DNA of 64,000 nucleotides from an uncultured archaeon (GTDB taxonomy: Archaea > Iainarchaeota > Iainarchaeia > Iainarchaeales > Iainarchaeaceae): assembly GCA_964373815.1 (NCBI GenBank), contig CAYJWI010000003.1, forward strand, positions 8,321 to 72,320, in the 5' to 3' direction. The translations under genes and the position numbers were made by a program. The notes under the pieces are model-generated. The model did no database searches, was not told the DNA's origin, and saw only the letters and a program-made list of their open reading frames with translations. This document shows positions 38,015-48,800 of the stretch, piece by piece. Within the stretch, counting starts at the first letter, position 1. Each line of letters begins with the position of its first letter.

Positions 38015-39238
38015 ATGGCTTACAAGACTGCGTATGATTATAACCCAATCAAGGGAAAAACCGTTTTCCTCAGGGCCGACCTGAACAGTTCGGTTGTCGA
38101 GGGGCGGGTCGTGCTTTCCTCGCGCCTGCGCGAGCACTCCAAATCCATTTACGCCCTGAGCGAGGAGGGCGCGAAAGTCGTTGTCCTGAGCCACCAGGGC
38201 CGGCCAGGGGAGGAAGAGTTCATAGAGCTTAAGAGGCACGCGGATTTCATAAAAAAGTTCACTGGAAAGAGCGTGAAATTCGTGAAGTGGGAGCAGGACT
38301 TCGTTTCCGAAATAAAAAAAATGAAGGAAGGCGAAGTGGTAGTTCTTGACAACACGCGCTTCCAGAAAGAGGAGCAGCAGGAGAAGAGCGCGCAGGGGCA
38401 TGCGGATGATTCTTTCATGAAAAAGCTCGGGCCTCTCGCGGATTTGTTCGTGCAGGACGCCCTGAGCGTCTGCCACAGGCCGCATGCAAGCGTTGTTGGC
38501 TTCAAAAAATACGCCCCATGTGTTGTTGGCCCGGTGCTCGAAAAGGAGCTCGAAGCCCTCTCGAAATTTTCAGATTCGAAAGGCGATGGCAAGCTCGTCG
38601 TGCTCGGCGGCTCGAAGCTCGCGGATTCGCTTGGCATACTGAACGGAATGCTCGAGCACGGGATGTGCAACGAGGCATGCATAGGCGGGCTTTTAGGCGA
38701 GCTTTTCCTCAAGGCAAAAGGTGTCGATTTCGGCGCAAAGGAAAAATTCTTCAATGAAAAGGGTTTCTCAAAGCTTATTCCGGAAGCGAAAAAAATGCTC
38801 GAGAGGCACCCATCAAAGCTCATACTTCCAATCGACCTTGCAGTCGAGTACACCAACGGCTCGGGGGCAAAAGGGCCTTCGAAGAGAAAGGAGCTCAAGG
38901 TTCCGGATTTCCCCTCGGAATACCCGCCAATGGACATCGGGACAGAGACCACCGAGCTCTTCAAGCAAAAAATCAGGGCATCAAAAGTGGTTGTCTACAA
39001 CGGGCCGATGGGTGTTTACGAAAAGCCGAAATTCGCCATCGGCACAAAGAAGGTGCTCGAAGCGATTGCCTTCCACCGCTGCTATTCTATAATCGGCGGT
39101 GGCGATACCGAAAGGGCGCTCACATCCTTCGGCCTTGTGCCGCAGGACTTCAGCCACGTCTCTCTTGCAGGAAAGGCGCTGCTCCAATACCTCTCCGCAG
39201 AGCCGCTGCCGGGAATTGAAATACTCGAGAAGAAGTGA
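38015..39238 (+). CDS. pgk: phosphoglycerate kinase
   Basis: Typical PGK N- and C-domain motifs (RADLN, VLSHQGRPG, GGGD). Confidence 0.9.
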   Translation: MAYKTAYDYNPIKGKTVFLRADLNSSVVEGRVVLSSRLREHSKSIYALSEEGAKVVVLSHQGRPGEEEFIELKRHADFIKKFTGKSVKFVKWEQDFVSEIKKMKEGEVVVLDNTRFQKEEQQEKSAQGHADDSFMKKLGPLADLFVQDALSVCHRPHASVVGFKKYAPCVVGPVLEKELEALSKFSDSKGDGKLVVLGGSKLADSLGILNGMLEHGMCNEACIGGLLGELFLKAKGVDFGAKEKFFNEKGFSKLIPEAKKMLERHPSKLILPIDLAVEYTNGSGAKGPSKRKELKVPDFPSEYPPMDIGTETTELFKQKIRASKVVVYNGPMGVYEKPKFAIGTKKVLEAIAFHRCYSIIGGGDTERALTSFGLVPQDFSHVSLAGKALLQYLSAEPLPGIEILEKK

Positions 39239-39285
39239 TTTTTCAGCTGCAAAACTCCGGCCTAGCAAATGTCTGCAGCAAGCAG

Positions 39286-40485
39286 TCAAACCAAAGAAAT
39301 AATTCTTTGCGCAATTTCCCTTTTACCTCCCTTCATCCACTTGTTTTCCTTTCCGCAGAAGAGCATTTCCGCCTTCTGCGAGCCGAAAGGGTTTTTCTTC
39401 AGATCTGCCGCAACGACCGCGAAAAAGCGGTTTTTTTGCAGGAAACTTTTCGCTTCCTTTTCAATCTCTTTGCCGCCCTTTCCCCACAAGGCCTTGAAGG
39501 CTATTATTTTGAGCTCTGGGAATTTTTTGTGCACTTTTGCCAAAAGCTTTTCCCTCGGCAAGAGTTTTAGCAGGGCAGGCTTTTCCGAACCTATTTTCCC
39601 GCTTTTTTTCCAGACGCTAAAATCCGCTATTGCGGCTGGGCAGAAGAAATAGTCATAGCTTTTTCCAAGTCCATGCCGGGCGTTTCCCCTAAGTTCGCGC
39701 ATTACTTTTTCTTCAAGCCCTTTCGCATCGTGCACCTCTTCGAAATCAACAAAACTCTCCGCCGCGCCATTGCCGAACGCTTTCACTTCCGCCTTCTGCC
39801 TCGCGCATTCGAGCGCTATTTCAACCCCCATTTTTCCGGAGCTCTTGTTCGTGATTTCGCGCACATCATCAACAGGTTCACTGAACGCCCCATAGGCCAC
39901 AAGAATTTTTTTTCCACGCAATTTGTTTCCGGAAAGTGCCTTCTCCACAGCGAACACTATTTCAGAAATGCCGGCAAGCTTTGCCTTCCCTTCCAGCTCG
40001 AGCGGCGCGATTATTTCAACCCCCTGCTCCGCGAGCTTTGCGAGGTTCCCCTTGACGATTTTGTGCTCGTACATTGGCTTGTGCATTGCGGGGCAGAGGA
40101 GCACTGGCTTTCCCGCGCCTATAGCAACGCTCGCAAAAGTCGTGAGTGGGGTGTCATCAATCCCCATGGCTATTTTGCTTATCGTGTTCGCGGTTGCTGG
40201 CGCAATGAGCATAAGTTTCGCCTTGCCGCCTTTCCCCAAAAGCCTCACGTGCTCAACCCTGCCGCTGATTGAGGAAATGACTTTTCTCCCCGAGGCGAAT
40301 TCGAGCGAGTTTTCAGTGACGATTCCCTTTGCGGATTCACTTAGCACAACCTGCACCCCAAAACCCCCTCTGCGCAGTTCCCTGCACAAATCGAAGGCCC
40401 TTACAGCGGCGATGCTTCCGCTAACACCTAGCACAATTAGCTGTTTCATACAATAACTCCGCACCAAAAAAATGTAAAAGCCCAC
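39286..40485 (-). CDS. coaBC: bifunctional phosphopantothenoylcysteine decarboxylase/synthetase
   Basis: N-terminal flavoprotein domain (LGVSGSIAAVRAFDL) plus C-terminal DFP/CoaB domain, 399 aa. Confidence 0.8.
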   Translation of the reverse strand: MGFYIFLVRSYCMKQLIVLGVSGSIAAVRAFDLCRELRRGGFGVQVVLSESAKGIVTENSLEFASGRKVISSISGRVEHVRLLGKGGKAKLMLIAPATANTISKIAMGIDDTPLTTFASVAIGAGKPVLLCPAMHKPMYEHKIVKGNLAKLAEQGVEIIAPLELEGKAKLAGISEIVFAVEKALSGNKLRGKKILVAYGAFSEPVDDVREITNKSSGKMGVEIALECARQKAEVKAFGNGAAESFVDFEEVHDAKGLEEKVMRELRGNARHGLGKSYDYFFCPAAIADFSVWKKSGKIGSEKPALLKLLPREKLLAKVHKKFPELKIIAFKALWGKGGKEIEKEAKSFLQKNRFFAVVAADLKKNPFGSQKAEMLFCGKENKWMKGGKREIAQRIISLV

Positions 40486-40521
40486 CCCTTGGGCAAAAAG
40501 ACTGGGATGGTGTTCGGAATT

Positions 40522-40998
40522 TTACTTCACTGCTATTGCCGCCTTTTCAATGTCGCCTTTCTGCGAGATGCTTGTAAAAGCCGAAACGTTGATGTCATAA
40601 TTCCCGACAGGCATTGAGGCATAGCTGCAGTTGAAGCTGATAGGGTTTTGGGCAGGCGGGATCAGCGATACTTGGTAGCCCACAGCGCCGGTTTCACAAA
40701 GCACGCTCGCCCCGCTCTTTACATGCACTTCATACTTTGTGACATTGTTCCCAAGATTGAAAATAATGTTGAAGTTGTCGGTGGTCACGGCGGTTCTCGT
40801 CTTTATGCTGTTCGGTGCGATTATGTGCGCCCCGTTCGGCGCAACTGGGACGTTCTGGTCAAAGGCGTCAAAGCTTTCCTCGGAAACGCTCTCGGTTTTC
40901 CCGACCGAGTTCACGACGAAAACCATGAGCACGGCAAAAACTATTATCGCCGCCCCTATGATGAACATGAACTCCAGGCTTCCCTGCCCATTCTGCAT
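40522..40998 (-). CDS. archaeal pilin-like protein (class III signal peptide)
   Basis: N-terminus MQNGQGSLEFMFIIGAAIIVFAVLMVFVV. Confidence 0.55.
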   Translation of the reverse strand: MQNGQGSLEFMFIIGAAIIVFAVLMVFVVNSVGKTESVSEESFDAFDQNVPVAPNGAHIIAPNSIKTRTAVTTDNFNIIFNLGNNVTKYEVHVKSGASVLCETGAVGYQVSLIPPAQNPISFNCSYASMPVGNYDINVSAFTSISQKGDIEKAAIAVK

Positions 40999-41051
40999 GC
41001 CAATTATAAGAGAAGCCGCATATTTAAAAGTTATTAATTGTTCGCCCCTTC

Positions 41052-42191
41052 ATGCTCCCTATGCAGGCCATTGACAACCTAGCCCTCGCCTACCTAGTGC
41101 TTGAGCTAAAGCCCTCCTTCGAAGGCGCTTTCGTGAACAAGGTCTCGGAGATGGACAGCAGCACGCTCAAGCTCAAGCTGCACACAAAGCAGGGCTCTAA
41201 GGACCTCGTCATCAAGGAGAACATTTTTTTCTTTTCCCCCTTCTCCGTGCAGGCGCGGCACGGCAAGAGCAACTTCGCGGCATCTCTAAAGAAGGAGCTC
41301 TACAACAAGAGGATTACCGCAATTGAACAGCACTCCTTTGACCGCGTAGTTGAGATAAAACTCCTAGAGCACTCCCTTGTGCTCGAACTGCTCGGCGATG
41401 GGAACAAGATCCTGCTGGGAAAGGATGGCAGGATAATTTCCTGCGCCAAGAACGAGAAGTGGTCCGAGAGGGAAATACACAAGGGCTTTGCGTACGTTTA
41501 CCCAGACCCCAAATCCCTCAATCCCTCGACGCTTTCGGTAAAGGAACTAAAGGAAAAGTTTTCCTCCTCGCAAAAGGATGCGATACGCTCGCTAATCTCC
41601 TGCGTGAACATCTCCCCACTGATTGCAGAAGAGGTTTTTTTCTCCCTAGGGCTCGAGAAAGGCGCGAAAGCCTCCGGCCTTGGGGAAAAAGAGCTTGAAA
41701 AAATAGCCTCGGGCGTAAGGGCCTTTTACGCAGTAGAGCAGGCCAAGCTAAGGCCGGTGGCCTACAAGGAGTTCGCCTATCCTTTCAGGCTCTTGCACCT
41801 AAAGGAAACCCCGGTGGAAACAAAATCCCTAAATGACTGTTTCGGCGAGGCCTTTTCCTCCTCCGCCTCTTCATCCCCGCTCCAGGCAGCTGGCCAGGCG
41901 AAGGCAAAAGGCAAAGTTTCGGGCCTTGAGCATATGAAAAAGCAGCAGCAGGAGGCGCGCAAGAAGTTTAATGCGCAGGTAGATGAGAACAGGGTGAAGG
42001 CTGAGCTTATTTACCAGCACTTCAATGAAATAGAGTCGCTCAAAAAGGGAATCCTTGGGGCTGTTTCTAAAGGGATGAAAGAAAAATATATTATGTATAA
42101 GATTTCTTCGGCTGCCTTGGCGGGGGACAAAAGGGCGCTTTTAGTAAAAAAAATAGATTTGCAGAAGAAAAAAATAGAGCTCGAACTCTAG
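41052..42191 (+). CDS. NFACT-N domain protein (FbpA/RqcH-like N-terminal region, truncated architecture)
   Basis: N-terminus MLPMQAIDNLALAYLVLELKPSFEGAFVNKVSE resembles NFACT-N; followed by coiled-coil; no NFACT-R. Confidence 0.45.
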   Translation: MLPMQAIDNLALAYLVLELKPSFEGAFVNKVSEMDSSTLKLKLHTKQGSKDLVIKENIFFFSPFSVQARHGKSNFAASLKKELYNKRITAIEQHSFDRVVEIKLLEHSLVLELLGDGNKILLGKDGRIISCAKNEKWSEREIHKGFAYVYPDPKSLNPSTLSVKELKEKFSSSQKDAIRSLISCVNISPLIAEEVFFSLGLEKGAKASGLGEKELEKIASGVRAFYAVEQAKLRPVAYKEFAYPFRLLHLKETPVETKSLNDCFGEAFSSSASSSPLQAAGQAKAKGKVSGLEHMKKQQQEARKKFNAQVDENRVKAELIYQHFNEIESLKKGILGAVSKGMKEKYIMYKISSAALAGDKRALLVKKIDLQKKKIELEL

Positions 42192-42287
42192 CAGCCAAAA
42201 AAAGCTAACGCTAAGGCAAGAAAAAATTGGCAAGGGAAACTTGCAAAGCCACTAAGCCCCTCTTGGGGCGCACACAGAGGGCGGACT

Positions 42288-42554
42288 TTACTTAGGTTCT
42301 GCGCCTATTTCCCGCTCATCTACAATGAAGACATCGCTCACAGCGGTGACAGCAGAGTAGGGGACTTCTATTACCCTATCCTTTGCCTCCACCCTTTTGG
42401 CAACCTTGCTCTCCCTGTCGACTTCTACGAGCAGGTACTCAATGTTGCCTGTGGCCTCATCAACCAGGAGGTCAACTAGCTTTCCGACTTCGTCTCCCCT
42501 GTTGGTGATGACCCTTTTTGTTGCAAGCTGCCTTGCTATTGTGTATTTGTACAT
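42288..42554 (-). CDS. PRC-barrel domain protein
   Basis: 88-aa protein with PRC-barrel-like pattern (ITNRGDEVGKLVDLLVDEATGNIEYLLV). Confidence 0.5.
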   Translation of the reverse strand: MYKYTIARQLATKRVITNRGDEVGKLVDLLVDEATGNIEYLLVEVDRESKVAKRVEAKDRVIEVPYSAVTAVSDVFIVDEREIGAEPK

Positions 42555-42698
42555 TTTAAAACTCTCCCTTCTTTTTTAGAATAAAAAATTTCTATATTAG
42601 AAAAGTCTAACTTATTTAAATAGTTATGGGGGAAAAGCCGGGGAAAAGCCGCAAAAAGGCGGACTACATAACGCGTGTTTTCCCCAATACCTTAAAAA

Positions 42699-43871
42699 AT
42701 GCCTATTCCCCTTACTTTTTGCATGCCAATAACGCTAGAGCCCGCAGATAACCATTCCGAAGGCTCCTGCCATGCCAATGATAGTAATGTAGAAGTGCAG
42801 GAATTTGATGGCGCGGAAGCAAATTACGGCCACTCGGAACATGAGGAGACGAAGTTCCTCTCCAAGCAGCAGGTCGAAAAGCTCAAGAAGGCAAAGTATG
42901 CGATGGTAGGCTCGCACTCAGCTGTGCAGATATGCTCCTGGAACAAGAAGGCCATAAGGCAGGAAGGGGTTTGCTACAAGCAGAAATTTTACGGGATTGA
43001 ATGCGCCAATTGCGCGCAGATGAGCCCCTCTGTTCTCTGGTGCAACGAGAACTGCGTCTTCTGCTGGAGGCCTATGGAGTGGATGCGCAACGTCAACCTC
43101 GAGGATGTAGAGGTTGACAGCCCGAAAAAAATAATCACGGGAACAATCTCCCAGAGGCAAAAACTCCTCACAGGTTTTGGCGGGCTTCCGAACCTCAACA
43201 AGGCGCGCTTTGAAAAAGCGCAGATGCCTTCGCACTGGGCGATAAGCCTTTCCGGCGAGCCCACGCTCTATCCGCAGATATGCGAGCTGATTGCAGAGAT
43301 TAGAAAGCTCCCTTCCACCAAAAGCATTTTCCTTGTGACGAACGCGCAGAAGACAGACGTGTTCGAAAAAATGGCGGCCAATAATGAGTTCTTGCCGACG
43401 CAGCTCTATGTTTCGCTCGACGCCCCGGATGAGGAGCACTTCAAGAAAATCAACCGCTCCGTGCTCTCGGACGGATGGCAGAGGCTCATGAATTCTATGA
43501 AGGTGATTTCTTCCCTGCCTACAAGGAAGGTCACGAGAATTACGCTGATGAAAGGCATCAACGACGATTCACAGTTCCTGAAGGCATGGTCTGATATTGT
43601 GTGGACAATGAAGCCGGAATTCCTCGAGGTCAAATCCTACATGCACATCGGCGATTCGCGCTCAAGGCTCTCGCGCGAGAACATGCCAAGCTTTGATGAG
43701 GTGAAGGGGTGGTCAGAGAAGTTTGCCGCCCTTTCAGGGTATGTGTGCAAGGACTTCTCGAAGCCGAGCAGGATAATGCTGCTCGTGCGCCCGGACCTAA
43801 AGGAGAAGAACACGAAGCTCGAGTTCGCGCGCAATGAAATGGGGCTTTCGGGTGCGGGAATAGACTTCTGA
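42699..43871 (+). CDS. taw1: tRNA wyosine-derivative synthesis radical SAM enzyme TYW1/Taw1
   Basis: Radical SAM CNENCVFC cluster motif, additional N-terminal Cys cluster, TYW1-like C-terminal region. Confidence 0.8.
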   Translation: MPIPLTFCMPITLEPADNHSEGSCHANDSNVEVQEFDGAEANYGHSEHEETKFLSKQQVEKLKKAKYAMVGSHSAVQICSWNKKAIRQEGVCYKQKFYGIECANCAQMSPSVLWCNENCVFCWRPMEWMRNVNLEDVEVDSPKKIITGTISQRQKLLTGFGGLPNLNKARFEKAQMPSHWAISLSGEPTLYPQICELIAEIRKLPSTKSIFLVTNAQKTDVFEKMAANNEFLPTQLYVSLDAPDEEHFKKINRSVLSDGWQRLMNSMKVISSLPTRKVTRITLMKGINDDSQFLKAWSDIVWTMKPEFLEVKSYMHIGDSRSRLSRENMPSFDEVKGWSEKFAALSGYVCKDFSKPSRIMLLVRPDLKEKNTKLEFARNEMGLSGAGIDF

Positions 43872-43969
43872 AACTGCGCAGGTTCCGGCACTGCATAACA
43901 GGTTTTCCAAATATTTGCCAAATAACCCGCTCCGCAATTTTTTTATACACCAAATTCCTCATTGATTGC

Positions 43970-44491
43970 ATGCCGAAAAAAGCCTTCCTGCCAGTCCTGC
44001 TGCTCCTGCTCTTTTCCCCGGGCGCTTTTGCGAACTACAACGACAACCTTGTAAAGGTAGACCTAAACACTATCGACAATGGCTCCGAGTACAGCCGCTC
44101 CTCGACGCAGTCCATAACCCTTGTTCACACTGTGACAAAGCTCGACGCAGCACTTACCTCAGCCACCATTTCCATACTAAAGTACAAGGCAGGCAACAAT
44201 TATGAAATAATTTCAGGCCCCTTGACCATGGACTTTGCCTCCTTGCCAGCAGGAAGCGTCGTCACCTTCTTGCCGAGATTCATCTCCCTTTCGAGCCTTC
44301 AGAACGGCACCAACACTTTCTCCGTGGTGATAAGCTCCACGACCCCGCAGGATTTCGAGCCGCTCGACAACATAGACAATGTTTCAATAATAGTCTTCGA
44401 CAACGCGAAGATGGTCGTGCCGGAAACCCATCCCGTTCTTGCGCTCCTTGCGGCGCTTTTTGTGCTTGCCATACTGCGCAGAAAAGCCTGA
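43970..44491 (+). CDS. secreted protein with C-terminal membrane anchor
   Basis: Signal peptide; C-terminal PVLALLAALFVLAILRRKA. Confidence 0.4.
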   Translation: MPKKAFLPVLLLLLFSPGAFANYNDNLVKVDLNTIDNGSEYSRSSTQSITLVHTVTKLDAALTSATISILKYKAGNNYEIISGPLTMDFASLPAGSVVTFLPRFISLSSLQNGTNTFSVVISSTTPQDFEPLDNIDNVSIIVFDNAKMVVPETHPVLALLAALFVLAILRRKA

Positions 44492-44529
44492 GTATTGGAC
44501 TTAAATATAGCGTCAACATTGATTATAGC

Positions 44530-44802
44530 GTGGCTAACATATCTTTCACTGAATTGGGCAACCCCGCAAACCTGCCCATAGCTGTTTTTTTCTTTCTCTG
44601 TTTGATAGTTTTTGGCCTAATTTTTGTTTACAAGCAGAACTGGCTAAGGGCCATTAACAAGGCACGGGAAGATGCCGGCATTAGGCATAAAATAAAGGCA
44701 AGCGAAGCTATCGACCAACTGGAAAACAAACTTCTCAAAGTAGTGGGCTGGCTTATAATTTTATTAGGCGTTTGCGGATTGGTTTGGGCCATTTTCTTTT
44801 AA
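44530..44802 (+). CDS. small membrane protein
   Basis: Two predicted TM helices. Confidence 0.3.
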   Translation: MANISFTELGNPANLPIAVFFFLCLIVFGLIFVYKQNWLRAINKAREDAGIRHKIKASEAIDQLENKLLKVVGWLIILLGVCGLVWAIFF

Positions 44803-44895
44803 TGCCCGTGTTTTTGGGTCAAAGCTAGCCATAAAACTTTTTAAACAAAAGAACTAATGCAAAACCTTTAAATCCACCAATCCCTTCCTATTTGC

Positions 44896-45159
44896 ATGAC
44901 TTCATTGGATGACGAGCCGGTTCTGCGCGGGGGGTTTTGGGACGCGCAAAAAATCCTCGTAGTTGTTGTTTTCATTGCGGGGCTTCTGGTCGGCGGCTTT
45001 GTGACGAACAAGTACATAGACAAGCAGGTGCTTGCAAAGCAGGCAGTGGACTCAAACTCGGTTTCGCAGCTCAATTCGCGCCTCGATCAGAGAAACGATC
45101 TGCTCTACAGCTGCCTTTTGAAGAACAACATATCGCCTGAAACGTGCGCAAAGGGTTAA
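44896..45159 (+). CDS. small membrane protein
   Basis: One TM helix; ORF track only. Confidence 0.3.
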   Translation: MTSLDDEPVLRGGFWDAQKILVVVVFIAGLLVGGFVTNKYIDKQVLAKQAVDSNSVSQLNSRLDQRNDLLYSCLLKNNISPETCAKG

Positions 45160-45524
45160 TCCGCTTTGAGCAGATTGTTTATTTCTTTTACGACTTCCGC
45201 GAAGTTTTTGTCCCTAAGTTTTCCAAATGGCTTTAACAGTAGTTTCTTGTGCAACCGGAATATTTTGTCCGCTTTTACCCTGCTCGGGATTGGCAATTTC
45301 CCGGCTTCAAGGTCTTGTGGGGCAATGCTTACTGAATAGTCCGCCTGTTTCATGCTTGATGTCACGGCGCAGACAACCACGTCTTCGGCTTTTTCGTTGT
45401 AACTATTGTTTGACACTATGATGCACGGCCGTATTTTTGTTTCCGACAAATCTGAAAATGGGAGGCTGGCCCAGAAAAGCTCCCTTTGTTTCACTTGAGG
45501 TCCTCCCTTGCTATTTTGTCCCAA
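45156..45524 (-). CDS. MazF/PemK-family toxin
   Basis: PFSDLSETKIRPCIIVSNNSYN region matches the PemK/MazF core; 34-nt overlap with an AbrB-type antitoxin gene. Confidence 0.6.
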   Translation of the reverse strand: MGQNSKGGPQVKQRELFWASLPFSDLSETKIRPCIIVSNNSYNEKAEDVVVCAVTSSMKQADYSVSIAPQDLEAGKLPIPSRVKADKIFRLHKKLLLKPFGKLRDKNFAEVVKEINNLLKAD

Positions 45525-45841
45525 ACCTCATCTTCTTTTGTCCACATCCGTTTCAATGATTCTAAAGACATTTTTCTCCAGAATTCATCCTCCTCTTCCA
45601 CCATTTTTTTCGCAACGTCCGCCTCTTTCCGAATTATTATCTCCTTTTCCTTCTCGATTAGCACGAGGGATTCCCTCGGCTTTATGTTCATGGATTTTCT
45701 CATGTCCTCAGGGATAACTATCTGCCCCCTTTCGTTGACGAGCACGCTCCTGATTCGAATAGTCATAGTATTCATACTAATCATACTTTGTTGATTTAAC
45801 ACTTTCGCCGTTCCAAGCACCCCACATACTTCGTCAATCAA
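45491..45841 (-). CDS. MazE/AbrB(SpoVT)-family antitoxin
   Basis: NERGQIVIPEDMRKSMNIKPRESLVLIEKEKEIIIRK swapped-hairpin beta-barrel pattern. Confidence 0.55.
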   Translation of the reverse strand: MIDEVCGVLGTAKVLNQQSMISMNTMTIRIRSVLVNERGQIVIPEDMRKSMNIKPRESLVLIEKEKEIIIRKEADVAKKMVEEEDEFWRKMSLESLKRMWTKEDEVWDKIAREDLK

Positions 45842-45860
45842 CGAAGTTAATTTATTTGTT

Positions 45861-48800
45861 TTGTTCCGCTATCTTATAATGCCAAAGCTCCCAATTCTAC
45901 TATTTGCAGCCATGCTTCTCCTCTCAGGCTGCCTTGAGAAGTTGAGCGTGCAGGACAGGCTCTCCTGCCTCGAACTCACTTCGTATTCCTTTACTTCTGT
46001 GCCAGATTGCGCCTCGCAGGAAGGCTGCTTTGGAAAAGTGCAGGAATCATTCCCTATGGGTGAAAAGGTTTTCCCTTCGGATGTGCGCGAAAGCATTTTC
46101 GGCTCAAAGAACCATCTTGCCCGCTCCTGGCTTTTCTTGAACAACGCAAAATCAAACCTCAAGCAAATGCACTCCCTCTGTGAAAACGCTTCGGATTTTT
46201 CCGGTATTGCGAGGCAGGCGAACGAACTGAACGCAAACCTCGCAATTGCCGCTAAAGAAATCGATTACTTCAGCCAAAGCGCAGCCCTTGCAATAAATTC
46301 CGAGATAGATGATCTGGGCATCGAGGACATAAACCTGGTGCGCGAAGAGCCCCTCTTCGATGATTACATAGTGCTGAACCAGAACGCGCTCGACTTTGCC
46401 CAGCACAATTCCGAGGGAAAAACCTATGCATCTAAATTCCTCAAGGAGGCGAAGTCGCTCGAATCAATCGGAAAAACCCTTTCTGCATCCTCGCTGCTTT
46501 CGGAAAAAAGCCTGCTCGGGATAATTTCGCAAAACAGCTCCCTGCTCTCAAGCGAGGCAAAGGGGCGTTTGGAGAAGCGTGATTTCCCTGTCTCGTTCAT
46601 ATACCCGGTTTTTTCCGGTGTCTCGAAGTTCTTTGCCGACTTTTTCGCGCTCGGAGGTTCGGTTGGTTCCCTCAAAAACCTCCCCTCATACGGTGTTTTC
46701 GAGTCCCTCAATAGAATAATTGGCGCGGACAATTCCGCTGCCTCGGCTTTTTTCAAGACTTTTCGGGACGATTCGGCCCATAGGGTTTTGCTCAAGGAAA
46801 AAATATCTGGGCAGAAGGCAGCAATCAATTCCTCTCTTGATGCTTTGGAGAAGAAGGCGGGGCTGCTCGAAAAAAACCTCGCAAATGTTGCCCTTACTCC
46901 GATGCCAGTTTCCGGGGAAGGGAATGCTTCACTGGTTTTAGAATCTGGTCTTTCCCGCGCTTATTTGGAAAATTTCGGGAGCGAATTCGGCAAAGGGGCC
47001 TCATCCATAAAATCCTCCCTCGCCTCGCTCGAGGAAGCGGAATTTCTCGGCAACATCTCCCTCGGGTATCTCGGCTCTTCGATAAAGGCGGTTTCAGGCA
47101 AGGTCCAAAAGCTTTCTGATAATGTCAGCAAAGCCGAGGCGATTTCAGCAGAATCTGGCGCAAGGTGCTCGCAGGAAGTTTTGCGGATAGAGGAAAAGAT
47201 TTCCGGAAAGGGATTCGATTCTACGCTTCCTTCAATAATTTCCGCAAGGGAAAGATTGCGCGCCGAAATAATCTCCTACCATTCTTCCGGTAAGGGCTCT
47301 TCGTGCCAGCGCATAGTTTCCGACTTTGCCTCATTGTTAGGGCTCCTTGATTCTTCCTTGCCGCAGGAAGAATTCTCCATGTCAATAGACAAGTGCATTT
47401 CACGCGCCGAAGCCCTCCTGGGGCTGCTGGAAGATTCGGATGGTTCTGGCTTGCAGCTCTCCTCGCTCAAGCGCCTTGCAAAGCCATACCAAAACCCATC
47501 CCTTGTACTAGAATCGTGCGAAACCATAAGCGCGAGGCTTACGAAAAACGCATACTCTTTGCCGGAAGTAATTGAAGCGCAGCAAAATTACGCCACCCTT
47601 TCAGGGAAAATCTCTTCGCTAAAATCCCTGCTGCAAAATTTTCCCCTCATTGCTTCAGGCACTTTAGGCGAAGCAGGTCCATTGCTCCGCTCGTTTGATT
47701 CCATTTCAGCGGATTTTGAAAACGGCAAGTTCGGCCTTTCTGCAATCGCGCGCGCAAAAGAAATACTTGAAAGCGAAAGGGCCACCCTTTCAAAAGCCAA
47801 TGAACTTCTCCCCTCCCTTGCCTCGAGGGCGGTTGAAAAATACATGGAAATAGGTTTTATTCCGCGCGGGCCTTCAGGCAACGCCCTTGCAAGGCTTAGC
47901 CTGCAAAACCCCGGGCCCGAAATAGACGCAGCTTTCACTTCTGAAATTTCCCTAGATTCTTCAGATGCGCAGGAAGTTTTCTCCACCAAAAATGTCTCCT
48001 CCAGCCCTTCCGGCAAAAAGACAGTGCTCCGTTTTTCGGGACTGCTTTCTGGCCTCAATTCCCTGATTCTTGACATGGATTCCGGCAGGCAACAAGACGA
48101 TAATTCAGGGCAATTCCTGCAGACGCAGCAGGAGAAGGAGAGGATATTGCTAGAGAACGCAGGCCTCGGCGCCAAAGCCTTTGCTTTTCCGGAAAAAAGC
48201 CCGGAGCTTGCGCAGATGCAAAAGAAGATAGAGCTGCTCGCAAACCAGGGAAAACTGAAGGAGGCGGGGGAGCAGCTTTCCGATTTCAAAAAGGAAGTGG
48301 AATCCGCCGAACTCAGGGAAAAAAGCGAAGCCGGGCTCAAGGAGCGGGCAGCAGATTTTTCCGAAAAGCTCTCGAAAATAATTTCTCTAAAAAAAGGGCT
48401 TTCAGAAAATGCCTCCGCGCTCCTGCAGAACCTCAAAAGCGTTCCGGAAAACGAGCTTGCGGAGGTTTACGCTTTCTCGCCTGTAACACTTGAGCGGCTG
48501 CAAAAACTCTCGGGGCTCGCCGCAATTAAAACCATCACCCCGCAAAAAGTTTCGGAACTCCTAGAGAAGGGGAAGTTCGGCCAGCTAGAAGAGCTCCTGC
48601 AGTCCGGGAACGCGGATGAAGAGCTCGCCAAGATCGAATCCGCTTCCGAAGAGGCGGTCTCCGCACTTGAGAGGCTGAAGGTCAACGCTCTCTCTTCATA
48701 CAATTCAGCGCTCGCCTACCTCAAAACCTCGCCGGAAAAAAACCTCGAGGCCGAGGAGCTGCTCATAAAATCGAGGCAGGCGCTTGAAGCCAAATCCTAC

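Noticed and set aside
37985-38485. Minus-strand ORF antisense to the start of pgk
   Set aside because: It overlaps the strongly supported PGK gene on the opposite strand.
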